Shown here: in pieces, positions 16,003-25,001 of the stretch
Numbering within the stretch: the stretch's first letter is position 1
Layout: each line of letters begins with the position of its first letter
Virus record (IMG/VR): IMGVR_UViG_3300020045_011125
Coordinates: 1 to 27,707 of that record
From: a virus
Lineage: Duplodnaviria > Caudoviricetes
Length of the DNA stretch: 27,707 bases
Reading direction: 5' to 3' (one strand)
Notes under the pieces: model-generated
The model's database searches: none
Seen by the model: only the letters and a program-made list of their open reading frames with translations
What the model was told of the DNA's origin: nothing
Translations under genes and position numbers: made by a program

Positions 16003-17830
16003 ACCAGCAACAAGCATACAAAATTACCCTATGTCAATCGGGGGGGTGAATATTAGTAAAAATGTTGTTGAGTTACACCCTAAAGAATGCGTGTCAATGC
16101 AGAACGTTGTGTATAAGAACGGAATAAGAAAAAGGAAAGGGAACAGGAAAGTCAATTCTAATCAGGTTGTAGCCTCTAAAAAGATCCTGGGAGTTCACAA
16201 ATTTTATTATAGTACTTCTAAACAACTTTTGGCGGCGTGTGATACGAAGATAGTTTACGAGAATGGCGGGGTATGGACGGATGCTGTTACGGGGTTGACG
16301 AGTGATAGCGGGTGGCGGGCGGCAACGAGTTTTGCAACTTCTGTCTTTGATGCGGCAGCTACGAATTTAACAGGAATATCGATAGCAACTGATGGGACTC
16401 TTTGGGTTAGTGATGCAACTACCGACAAGATATATCACATAACAAATACAGGAACATTGATAAGTAGTTTTGCAACATCCGTTTTTGATGCAAGTGCTAC
16501 TGATGTAACAGGAGTATCAGTAGCGAATAATGGGACACTTTGGGTCTGTGATGCTGACACTAACAAAATCTACCACCTCGAACTCCTCAACAACAGCACC
16601 ACTTTCACCTCTTGGGGTGCAACTTCAAAATGTTACATTGCAAACGGTGTTGACGCTCCTCGTTCTTGGACAGGTTCAGCGGCGGCAACAGTTACGGCAG
16701 CACCTTCTCTTACTAAACAATTTTTACCTTATCAAGACCGTTTGCTTTCTATAGATAATAATAATAGAGGTTTCTTAAGATGGTCGGCTTCTTTTAGTGA
16801 CAGCGCAACTTGGGAAACTGCAGCAGCTTGCGGGGTGCAGCCTGATACGGATATACATGGGATGATACATCATTCTTTTAATAATAGTACTGCGGGACCG
16901 CAGTCGGCTGTTTTATTAGCCGGGGCTTCTGATATGTTTATATTTCAAGGAGCAAGCCTTGTTGTTCCTTTTACGGCTGGGAATTATACCATTTTCCCTC
17001 TTGGATTAAAGGTAGGATGTTCCGCTGTCAGGACTATGGCATGGACACCTATAGGTACTATCTGGCTGGGAAATGACAGACAAGTTTACCTGTTAAGATT
17101 TGACTCTGCAACTGCTATACCAATATCTCAAAAGATATATTCTTTCAACAATAATTTTCAAGGTTTAGAAAAGATACCTTCTGAACAGATTAAAAACGCT
17201 TGCGGTATCTACCATGAAGGGTATTACAAATTATCTTTTGCAGGGGCAGACAGCACTTTAAACAACTTCCAATTTTGGTTAGATATAAATAATTTTTACA
17301 AAGATGACTTGAATCAATACGGACCGTGGTACGGCAAAATGACAGGACAGACTATAGGTTGTTACGCTGTGCAAAATGGAACAGGGGACGGCGGCGAGTT
17401 GGTAATGGGAGAACAGAACGAAACCACCGGCGGATTTGTTTATATTCAGGATAATAACCAAGTTTATGGAGATCAGGCGGATTCATCGGGAAATAGCGGG
17501 ACTGCTATTGATATCAGTTATCAAACCTTTTATAATCCTTTGGGAGATCCTAATTATAAAAAGATAGTACCTCATATAGAATTAGAGGCTTTAACTTCAG
17601 CTACTAATATAACAATGGCGTATAATGATATAGACGCTTCTGCCGGGACAAGTTCTACATTTACAGTTTCAGGGACTACAGGATCTCCGGCAAGAAAAGT
17701 ATTACATATGTCTCCTGTTTTAAATATGAGGAGATTATCCTTAACTTTAACTCATAGCAGCGCAACTGCTGATTTTCAGATATATTCTATCAATGCAAAA
17801 ACTAAAGAGATGTTTTTACCTTTTACATAA
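15989..17830 (+). CDS. Tail nozzle / tubular protein B (P22 gp10-like beta-propeller)
   Basis: 'GG.N......L.P.E.....N......RKRKG', 'YQDRL', 'LRWS', 'GC.A.RT', position after adaptor. Confidence 0.82.
   Translation: MPTTEPATSIQNYPMSIGGVNISKNVVELHPKECVSMQNVVYKNGIRKRKGNRKVNSNQVVASKKILGVHKFYYSTSKQLLAACDTKIVYENGGVWTDAVTGLTSDSGWRAATSFATSVFDAAATNLTGISIATDGTLWVSDATTDKIYHITNTGTLISSFATSVFDASATDVTGVSVANNGTLWVCDADTNKIYHLELLNNSTTFTSWGATSKCYIANGVDAPRSWTGSAAATVTAAPSLTKQFLPYQDRLLSIDNNNRGFLRWSASFSDSATWETAAACGVQPDTDIHGMIHHSFNNSTAGPQSAVLLAGASDMFIFQGASLVVPFTAGNYTIFPLGLKVGCSAVRTMAWTPIGTIWLGNDRQVYLLRFDSATAIPISQKIYSFNNNFQGLEKIPSEQIKNACGIYHEGYYKLSFAGADSTLNNFQFWLDINNFYKDDLNQYGPWYGKMTGQTIGCYAVQNGTGDGGELVMGEQNETTGGFVYIQDNNQVYGDQADSSGNSGTAIDISYQTFYNPLGDPNYKKIVPHIELEALTSATNITMAYNDIDASAGTSSTFTVSGTTGSPARKVLHMSPVLNMRRLSLTLTHSSATADFQIYSINAKTKEMFLPFT
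16328..16577 (+). repeat. Two 46-aa NHL-like repeats inserted in nozzle gene
   Basis: SFATSVFDA.AT..TG.S.A..GTLWV.DA.T.KIYH at 16328 and 16466 (138-nt period). Confidence 0.85.
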
Positions 17831-18239
17831 TATTTTTATAATATTTATTATTACTTCTTGTGCTCAAGGCGGTAAAGATGAAATATATTTCATCAAAGAC
17901 CAAGAGACAAAAGCAGGTCAATGGATACAGTCTAATGGTTTTTTTGTTGATACAGAAGAAATGGATAAAAGGTATTATGAGACAATGGTATGTATGGGAT
18001 TGTCTGGGATTGAACCTCATATAAATATTATACTCAAAGAACCTTATGAGGCTTTCCCTTGCGGCGTGTTGCCTAATGGTTGCGGTGGATTATTTGATTT
18101 CAGTACTAATAATCCTACAATAACTATAAGTGCAGATTTGATAAGGTTAAAACATGAATATGTTCACTTTTTACTTTGGAAAATAAATAATGACCCAGAC
18201 CCTGAACATAAATCAGACTGGTATGATAGGTGTAGTTAA
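17793..18239 (+). CDS. Putative lipoprotein with zincin HExxH motif
   Basis: Hydrophobic stretch ending ITSC (lipobox-like); 'LKHEYVH'; 'C......CGG.F'. Confidence 0.65.
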   Translation: MQKLKRCFYLLHNIFIIFIITSCAQGGKDEIYFIKDQETKAGQWIQSNGFFVDTEEMDKRYYETMVCMGLSGIEPHINIILKEPYEAFPCGVLPNGCGGLFDFSTNNPTITISADLIRLKHEYVHFLLWKINNDPDPEHKSDWYDRCS

Positions 18240-18241
18240 AT

Positions 18242-18760
18242 ATGATTTACGAAACTTTATCCATTTTATTTGATGACAAAGAAACGGAAATAGTAATCCG
18301 AGACGCTACAATCTGGGATGCGTATCAGATTGCAGACTTATACATTGAAATGTCAAAAGAAGTTGATATTTTAGGCACTGAAGTAGATAATATTGCTAAG
18401 GAAAGATTTTTATTATATATATTAAATCAACCTATTAAGATATTTGTTGCTGAATGTGAAAATGATAAAAATGATAATAAAAAGGATAATAAGATAATAG
18501 GTTTTATAATGGGATATACTACAAATTCTCACTATGAAACTTTAAAAAAGAGGGGACTTTGTGAAGGCTGGTATTGTAAACCCGAATATAGAAAATATAA
18601 AATAGGTATTAAATTAAAGAATTATTTAGAAAAGTTTTTTGAAAATAATACAAAAGTTATTGAATTCTTTTGTAAATATGATGATAATATAATTAAAAGA
18701 TATATAAAGATGGGATATAAACCATTAATAGTAAAAATGATAAAAATAAATGAGAGGTAA
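18242..18760 (+). CDS. GNAT-family acetyltransferase-fold protein
   Basis: 'IRDAT..D', 'IFVAE....IIGF', 'WYCKPEYRKYKIG..L', 'Y.KMGY'; usual position between nozzle and ejection genes. Confidence 0.85.
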   Translation: MIYETLSILFDDKETEIVIRDATIWDAYQIADLYIEMSKEVDILGTEVDNIAKERFLLYILNQPIKIFVAECENDKNDNKKDNKIIGFIMGYTTNSHYETLKKRGLCEGWYCKPEYRKYKIGIKLKNYLEKFFENNTKVIEFFCKYDDNIIKRYIKMGYKPLIVKMIKINER

Positions 18761-18766
18761 AATAAT

Positions 18767-19543
18767 ATGCCTAAAAATGATGGGGGGCCTGTACAAGTAG
18801 CAGAACCTAAAAATCCTTACCTTAGTTACATACCTGGAATAACAGGGAGTAAAGATCCTAAAGCTGGGCTTGATTATGCCAATAAGGCTGAAACATCGTT
18901 AGATTTTACTCCTTTTGATTTTAATCAATCCAAATATGCTAAGCCTTTAGCCGATTCTTTATTAAATCCTTCTTTTGCTCCCTCATCGGAAGCAGAACAA
19001 AATCTTTTGGATACTATAATGTCTCAAACTCATGGAGCAAGTGCCTATAGAGGATTAGGCCCTTCTTCTCAGGAAGCTCTGGCATCAAGTATAGCTCCTA
19101 CGTTGGTAGAATTTAATCAACGTAAAATAGCAAACATAATGGCAGCGTTAGGGCTTGATTATCAGACAGGATTGACAGCAAGAGGGCAGGATTTATCAGC
19201 TAATCAGGCGAAGTCAATGCTTGAACTTCAACTTGCAAATTTGGCATCTCCTCAACCTGTTATCACTGAAGGGCAGTTGAACACAGGCGGCGGTGATGAG
19301 GTTAGGACAGGTCAGCCTGTAGGGGCACCTACAGGAACTTATACAAAGACAGGACAACCTGTACAAACACCAACAGTAGATTATGGGGAAGACATAAAAA
19401 GAGATAACCCGCGCGCCTTTAGCGGGGAATATCCTGCACCTGGAACACCTGCATACATATATGCAGTAAAAAATATAAAAAATCCAAGTGATCCTTTGTA
19501 TATTCCAAATTCAGCCAGATTATCTGGGGATAGAAACGATTAG
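18767..19543 (+). CDS. Putative internal virion/ejection protein
   Basis: 'RGLG.SS', 'ARGQDL' and Q/A-rich helices; position after GNAT. Confidence 0.6.
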   Translation: MPKNDGGPVQVAEPKNPYLSYIPGITGSKDPKAGLDYANKAETSLDFTPFDFNQSKYAKPLADSLLNPSFAPSSEAEQNLLDTIMSQTHGASAYRGLGPSSQEALASSIAPTLVEFNQRKIANIMAALGLDYQTGLTARGQDLSANQAKSMLELQLANLASPQPVITEGQLNTGGGDEVRTGQPVGAPTGTYTKTGQPVQTPTVDYGEDIKRDNPRAFSGEYPAPGTPAYIYAVKNIKNPSDPLYIPNSARLSGDRND

Positions 19544-19554
19544 GAGGAATCAAT

Positions 19555-20049
19555 ATGTCTCCATTAACATTAGCATTAATATTGGGCGCAACCGGTGCTT
19601 TAGCAGGCGGATTATCAGGCGGGGATAATTGGGAACAAGGTGCCCTAATGGGAGGCTTGTTAGGAGCGGGGGCTGGTTATGGCGGTGCCGCTTTTTTTGC
19701 ACCTGAAGCAGCGGCGCTCCCTGCTGCAACTTCAGGCCTGACATCGGCAGGGGCATATTCAGGATTACCTGCTTATGCAATGACAGGGGGTACTACTACA
19801 GCGGGAGCTGGGGCAGGTGGAGCATTAAGTGCAGCTTTGGGAGGAGGCACAGCAACAGGTGCGGGTACAGCAGCTGGAAGTTATGGATTTAGACAAGGCA
19901 TAAATGATTTTATGCTTGCTAATACAGTTGCAAATCCACGAACAGGTATGTTGGCACAGTTATTAAACGAACCTCCTCAACAACAAATTCCATATAGACC
20001 AATGACACCACCAATATTGATACCAAAAAAAAGAATTATAGGGGGTTAA
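19555..20049 (+). CDS. Gly/Ala-rich DNA-transfer (ejection) protein
   Basis: Glycine-zipper hydrophobic N-terminus 'GATGALAGG...GALMGGLLGAGAG'. Confidence 0.65.
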   Translation: MSPLTLALILGATGALAGGLSGGDNWEQGALMGGLLGAGAGYGGAAFFAPEAAALPAATSGLTSAGAYSGLPAYAMTGGTTTAGAGAGGALSAALGGGTATGAGTAAGSYGFRQGINDFMLANTVANPRTGMLAQLLNEPPQQQIPYRPMTPPILIPKKRIIGG

Positions 20050-20050
20050 A

Positions 20051-21430
20051 ATGGCAGATAGACCAAGTGTAATTTATATTCCAAGAAGTCAACCTCAATA
20101 CGTTCAAAAACCTTCTACAATGGATCAGGTAGGAAGTGGACTTAATACTTTAGCAAGTTTGCTTGGTGTTGTACAAGGCGGTATGAATGTATATGACAGA
20201 TTTAGCGCAGGTTCGCCAGCTGCACAAGCATTAAAGGCAAAAAAAGAAGCTCAACAAATTGCCACACTTCAAAGTGAAGCGGTAGGCGAATTGACAAAGG
20301 CACTTAGTAGAGATCCTGAAGGGGCTATTCCTGAAGAGGCTTATGGTGTTATCAATTCTCAATTAGCAGGTGCTTTAAACGATTTAAAAACACCTATAGG
20401 TTCTTCTTTAGAAGGTACAGCGCCAATGTTAAAAGGATCACCAACTGAAATATCAGGCGCAGAGACAGCTTTATCACAAGCACAAGGAACACCTGTACAA
20501 AGTAACGATTTAATGTCTGTACTTGGGAGGATGTCTCAAGGCATGTCCCCTGAACAGAAAAGAGCTACCTTGCCATTTTTTGAGAAGTTAGTTGGGAAAA
20601 AATTAGAATCTGATTTAAATATTGCAGAACAAAAAGCAAAAGTTCAGGATAAAATTTTAAAGACAGAAGATTTAGTAGACTTGGGAACTATTCCTGGCTT
20701 TGAAGATTATGCTGGCACAACAGTAAGAAGAGATAAATTATCTGGTTTAATAGGACAAAAATTAACTTCTGAAATGGTAGGAGAAAAGATAAAATCTACT
20801 GAAAAATTATCAGAAAAAAGATTAAACCAAAATGAGTTGGATAGAGAATCAAGAGAAAACATTGCTAAAGAAAGAATTGCTTACTCAAAAGGATTATCAG
20901 AACAAAGAACAGAAGACGCAAGAGGCAAATTTGTAGTCAGTAATTTTAAAAAAGATTACAGGTCAACTTCTTATAATGCTGTAATTCCTCCAATAGATAA
21001 CGCTTTAACAAATTATCAGTCTTATCTTGATGGGAAAGTATCAAATAGAGTACTTGATGACCATTTAATGGTAGCTCTTGCAAAATTAGAAGATCCTAAA
21101 ACAGGGGTAAGAGAGGCCGAAGTGGCAAGAATAAGTAAAGTTGTGCCTACTTTCTCTTTAGATAACATAGAAAGAGTAAGAAATAAATATTTTGAAGGTG
21201 GTAGTTTAGATGAAAATACAAGACGAGAAATAGTCGCTACTTTAAATATTATAAAAGATTTAAGAACAAATGATTTGAATGAGGCGAAACAGGAATATTT
21301 ACAAGATGCACCTGAATCTTATAAGAATATGATTGATCCTACTATTAAAAGGGTAGAGAGTAAAGGAACAACAAAGTCCCCTAATAAAAAATATAAATAT
21401 GAAAATGGTAAAATGATAGAGGTTAAATAA
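20051..21430 (+). CDS. Putative ejection protein
   Basis: Helical, 459 aa; 'KL.DP.TGVRE.E' motif; coupled to the largest gene. Confidence 0.65.
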   Translation: MADRPSVIYIPRSQPQYVQKPSTMDQVGSGLNTLASLLGVVQGGMNVYDRFSAGSPAAQALKAKKEAQQIATLQSEAVGELTKALSRDPEGAIPEEAYGVINSQLAGALNDLKTPIGSSLEGTAPMLKGSPTEISGAETALSQAQGTPVQSNDLMSVLGRMSQGMSPEQKRATLPFFEKLVGKKLESDLNIAEQKAKVQDKILKTEDLVDLGTIPGFEDYAGTTVRRDKLSGLIGQKLTSEMVGEKIKSTEKLSEKRLNQNELDRESRENIAKERIAYSKGLSEQRTEDARGKFVVSNFKKDYRSTSYNAVIPPIDNALTNYQSYLDGKVSNRVLDDHLMVALAKLEDPKTGVREAEVARISKVVPTFSLDNIERVRNKYFEGGSLDENTRREIVATLNIIKDLRTNDLNEAKQEYLQDAPESYKNMIDPTIKRVESKGTTKSPNKKYKYENGKMIEVK

Positions 21431-24117
21431 TGCCTATAACTGTTGAAATACCTGAACATAATACATCTGTTGAATTTCCTGATGGCACACCTCCAGAAGT
21501 GATGCAAAAAGCTATTGAAAGTAACTTTCCTTCAAAAATATCTCAATCTCAACCTGTTACTCCGTCGATTCCTGAAGAGGTAACGTCTAAATTTAAGGAA
21601 ATCCCAACAATTCAAGGCGGAACAAGTTACGAAGTTCCTAAGCCTTTCAATTTACTTGGTGAAATAGGTAAAATGGCAACTCTTGGATCAGCAGAAGGTG
21701 TTATTCCTTTTGGGAAAGCACCTACTGTAAAAGAGGTAGCTTCTGCAATAATGCCTGAAACTGCTGCACAGGTAGGTGGTTTGATAGGGGGAGTTTTAGG
21801 GGGTCCGCTGGGAGCAGGTGTGTTTGCAGGGGGAGGCAGTATAGCTTCTGACGTTGGTAAAAGTTTAGCTGGTAAAGAAGTGGGGGGCTTTACAGGTGTT
21901 ATGAGTAGAGCCGCAGGTGAAGGGGCAATACAAGGGGTATTGGATATGTTTTCCATTCCTGTTGGGAAAGTAGTAAGTAAGGCAGCGGGTAAAATAGCAA
22001 CGGAAGCCACAGGAGGATTGTTTAAAGATATTGCAGGTAAAACTATAAAAACAAGTGAAAAGGTAATATCTCAAAAGGTTTTTGATACCGTTAATAAGGA
22101 CTCAAGTAATGCTTTAAAAACAATAAATCTTAATGTAGGTAGTTTTGATGGATTATCGCCAAAAGAAGCCTCAAATCTTGTAAAACAAAAAATGAACGAA
22201 CATGGCATCCCCTTAGATTCTCCTGCCAGGACTATTTTTGACAGAATAGCAGGGCTGTCTTGGATTGAGAGAAATTACGAAAAAGAACAACTCAATAAAG
22301 TTACTAAAGCGATGACAGATTTGACAGGAAAGAGATTGTCTGATAAGGAAAAGATATCTTTAGTGAGCACTATTCAAAATATTTTAGGCAAAGCTGTAGA
22401 AACTGAAAAAGGCTTTATATCAAGTATAGCAAAAGGTCAAAAAAACCTTGAAGAATCTCAACTTAAAAATGTTGACAAAGAAAACCTTGACACTGCTTTG
22501 AAATATTTCTTTGGGGAGAATGCGCCCACATATAAAACTTTAAGCAATCCTGTCCAATTTGCAAATGAACTTATTAATTTAAAAAGACAAAGAATTTATG
22601 AAAATGAATTAATTCCACCTATTAAAAAATTTACAAAAAAATTAGCTTCAGAAGGAAAAAATATATACCCTGAATTAACTGAAACAAGTAAAATGTTCAG
22701 AAAATATGATATTGAAAGAAAATTTAAAGTGGGTACAGGCGGACCAATTGAAGAATTGTTAAATTATATAAAAACAGACAAAAAGGATTCAGGAGTATCT
22801 AAACATGTAATGGATTTAGTAAGTGGTGATCCTAATCTTGAACAATGGATGATTGAAAAATATGGTAAAAATATTACTCAATATGATCCTTCTGAAATAG
22901 TAAGAATTGTTACTGCATTAAATGACAAAATAAGCGATGTTCCTGGTATTAACAATTATGCAAAAGGTGAAATAAGAGCTGCATTAAAATCAGATTTAGG
23001 TAATTTTTTCACTTCTAATAGCAGAGAAGATTTAGCAAATTTATATAAAACTAAATTGACTGAATATGGGAAGATATCTGATAAATTAGATGCTATTAAA
23101 AACCTTTCAGAAAAAACACCCAATACATTATTTGAAACTTTAACTCCTGACGGCATGACTGATATTAAAAATGCCTTAACAGAAACAACAAAGGATAAAA
23201 GTGATAATATATCAAAACTTTTAAAACAAGGTCATGCCGCATACATAACAGGAATTGACGAAGTAGGCGGTATATCTATTGAAGAGATGAAAAAGAGAGC
23301 TGCTAAACTTGGGAAGGCTGGACTTGAAGATTTATGGGGAACAAAAGGGGCAAAAGATACTGTTGATTTTATAAATGATCTTGCCTCAAGATCTTCAATT
23401 AAAAAAGATGCAGTAACCGCTTCTATGCCTAAACTTCCTACGCATAATGTCTTTTTTGAGCAACTTGCCAATACTAAAGAAGGATTAAAATATATAGTTC
23501 CTGAATTATTAAAAAATCCAAAGCAGATATCTGAAGTCCAATCTTTAATAGGTAGGGATGCTTCAAAAAAGATGGTAGATGCCTTTAATGACCATCTTTT
23601 CCCACTTACCGCTTCTGGGGCGTTCCCTATCAAAGAAGCGGTAAAAACATTAGAAGCTATAGAAACTGACCATGTTAAACATGAAGCATTGAAACAAGTT
23701 TTTAAAGGGAGAGAGGAACAACTTGCAGCTATTAAAGATTTGATATATACAGTCAGCAAAGGTGCAAAAGGAGCACAAGAAACAAGTTCTCACTTTGGCG
23801 CGAATGTTACCACAGGTTTGACTGGAGGTGTTGTTTTTATAACTTCGCCTTTAGCAGTTGCGCCTATTGCTATTGGTTTGGCAGGATTACAACAAATACT
23901 TCATAACCCTGGACTAACTAAAAAATTGGGACAAGCTCTTACAGGCACTGCTGATAAAAAAATACTTGACGAATTAGCTAAAATAACAGTAAAATCAATG
24001 GAAAATAATTTTATAAACAATTTGAAAAGTACAACTTCTATAACAACTAACCAAGAAAATAAGACTGAACCGGGGATGTTGGAGAAAGCCTTAAATTATG
24101 GTAATTCAAAAAGATGA
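21430..24117 (+). CDS. Large internal virion/ejection protein
   Basis: 895 aa; N-terminal 'VEFPDGTP.E', glycine-zipper 'GGLIGGVLGGPLGAG', hydrophobic C-terminal segment. Confidence 0.7.
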   Translation: MPITVEIPEHNTSVEFPDGTPPEVMQKAIESNFPSKISQSQPVTPSIPEEVTSKFKEIPTIQGGTSYEVPKPFNLLGEIGKMATLGSAEGVIPFGKAPTVKEVASAIMPETAAQVGGLIGGVLGGPLGAGVFAGGGSIASDVGKSLAGKEVGGFTGVMSRAAGEGAIQGVLDMFSIPVGKVVSKAAGKIATEATGGLFKDIAGKTIKTSEKVISQKVFDTVNKDSSNALKTINLNVGSFDGLSPKEASNLVKQKMNEHGIPLDSPARTIFDRIAGLSWIERNYEKEQLNKVTKAMTDLTGKRLSDKEKISLVSTIQNILGKAVETEKGFISSIAKGQKNLEESQLKNVDKENLDTALKYFFGENAPTYKTLSNPVQFANELINLKRQRIYENELIPPIKKFTKKLASEGKNIYPELTETSKMFRKYDIERKFKVGTGGPIEELLNYIKTDKKDSGVSKHVMDLVSGDPNLEQWMIEKYGKNITQYDPSEIVRIVTALNDKISDVPGINNYAKGEIRAALKSDLGNFFTSNSREDLANLYKTKLTEYGKISDKLDAIKNLSEKTPNTLFETLTPDGMTDIKNALTETTKDKSDNISKLLKQGHAAYITGIDEVGGISIEEMKKRAAKLGKAGLEDLWGTKGAKDTVDFINDLASRSSIKKDAVTASMPKLPTHNVFFEQLANTKEGLKYIVPELLKNPKQISEVQSLIGRDASKKMVDAFNDHLFPLTASGAFPIKEAVKTLEAIETDHVKHEALKQVFKGREEQLAAIKDLIYTVSKGAKGAQETSSHFGANVTTGLTGGVVFITSPLAVAPIAIGLAGLQQILHNPGLTKKLGQALTGTADKKILDELAKITVKSMENNFINNLKSTTSITTNQENKTEPGMLEKALNYGNSKR

Positions 24118-24289
24118 ATACGTTAATGAATATGTTCTTAATGAGATATGTTTACTCAAACATAAAGAGGTTGCCGAATTGAAAAAAAAAGTGGAAACAA
24201 TAGAAGATAAATTATCTAAACTTAATACTACCGGCTGGATGATAGTAGCCGGTATTTTTGTTGAAATTGTTTTAAGATTTTTTAAATAA
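24098..24289 (+). CDS. Coiled-coil plus single TM protein (holin-like)
   Basis: 'C..KH' then coiled coil then WMIVAGIFVEIVL. Confidence 0.55.
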   Translation: MVIQKDEYVNEYVLNEICLLKHKEVAELKKKVETIEDKLSKLNTTGWMIVAGIFVEIVLRFFK

Positions 24290-24295
24290 AATAAC

Positions 24296-24435
24296 CCTTT
24301 AAATGAAGATATTAATTTATGTATAAATAGTACTCTATTTTTTACGCATGGGTGAGCTAAAAAATAGAGGAACCATGCTACTTTATATGTAAATGTGGGT
24401 CTATACAAATTTCGCCAAAAATCTTCATTTAAAGG
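24296..24435. ncRNA. Candidate structured RNA (nested stems plus pseudoknot)
   Basis: 15-bp perfect terminal IR, inner TGTATA/TATACA, 12-bp hairpin whose loop GCATGG complements downstream CCATGC. Confidence 0.6.
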
Positions 24436-24456
24436 TAACTAAATAGGAGGCTATAT

Positions 24457-24606
24457 ATGCCCTTAATGTCAGGAAGTTCAAAGAAGGTAATAGGGAAGAA
24501 TATAAGAACTGAAATAAAGGCAGGGAAACCAAGGAAACAGGCTATTGCTATTGCAATGTCTAAGGCTGGGAAGAGTAAAAAAAAAGTGAAAAAGACGAAG
24601 TATTGA
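24457..24606 (+). CDS. Small basic phage protein (49 aa), absent from ORF track
   Basis: AGGAGG RBS; [43 protein letters not shown].., the common 'QAIAIA' family. Confidence 0.85.
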   Translation: MPLMSGSSKKVIGKNIRTEIKAGKPRKQAIAIAMSKAGKSKKKVKKTKY

Positions 24607-24671
24607 AAGATTGTGGTTGGACTATCAATAATACTTGGCGTTGTATTTAATTTATTTAAAAGGAGGATAGT

Positions 24672-24989
24672 ATGAATGAAATAAAAAATTGCAGAGTAGA
24701 AAATTTTAAAAATCCCATTACAGACTGCCCAGGAGGAGGTTGTGTAGAAGGGATAGGAATTAACATTCGATGGCAAGAAGGCGCAATACAGGAATCGGGA
24801 GTAAATGGAGCTTTTGTTGAAACTGTAATATCAGCGGCTATTCAGCGGTTAGATTTTTTTCAGGATTCTCCTTTTAAATGCAGGGAGAACGCAGTAGCAT
24901 TAACTCATCTTGAGACCGCTCTTCTATGGTTAGAAAAGAGGACACAAAACCGAATAGATAGGGGAGTAGAGGGAACTCATAAAATCTAA
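24672..24989 (+). CDS. tad1: Tad1-family anti-defence signal-sponge protein
   Basis: 'I.WQEGA..E.GVNG...E.......RL..FQ.SPF.CRENA.ALTHLE.AL.WL..R...RI.RGV.GT' closely follows the Tad1 C-terminal consensus; AGGAGG RBS. Confidence 0.85.
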   Translation: MNEIKNCRVENFKNPITDCPGGGCVEGIGINIRWQEGAIQESGVNGAFVETVISAAIQRLDFFQDSPFKCRENAVALTHLETALLWLEKRTQNRIDRGVEGTHKI

Positions 24990-25001
24990 AAGGAGGAATA
25001 G

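Noticed and set aside
14557-16754. Alternative-frame + ORFs 14557..14751 and 16530..16754
   Set aside because: Nested in LamG and nozzle genes, no RBS, no recognisable features
11954-17830. Diversity-generating retroelement or intein in spike/nozzle genes
   Set aside because: No reverse transcriptase; nozzle repeats differ at all base types, not just adenines; no intein terminal motifs
24320-24380. Pistol ribozyme (TAAATAG plus pseudoknot)
   Set aside because: Order of stems and conserved segments does not fit the pistol consensus
782-24776. Minus-strand ORFs of the track within the late arm (e.g. 1020..1319, 21627..22010, 23232..23759, 24429..24776)
   Set aside because: Antisense shadows of well-supported + strand genes; no RBS or motifs
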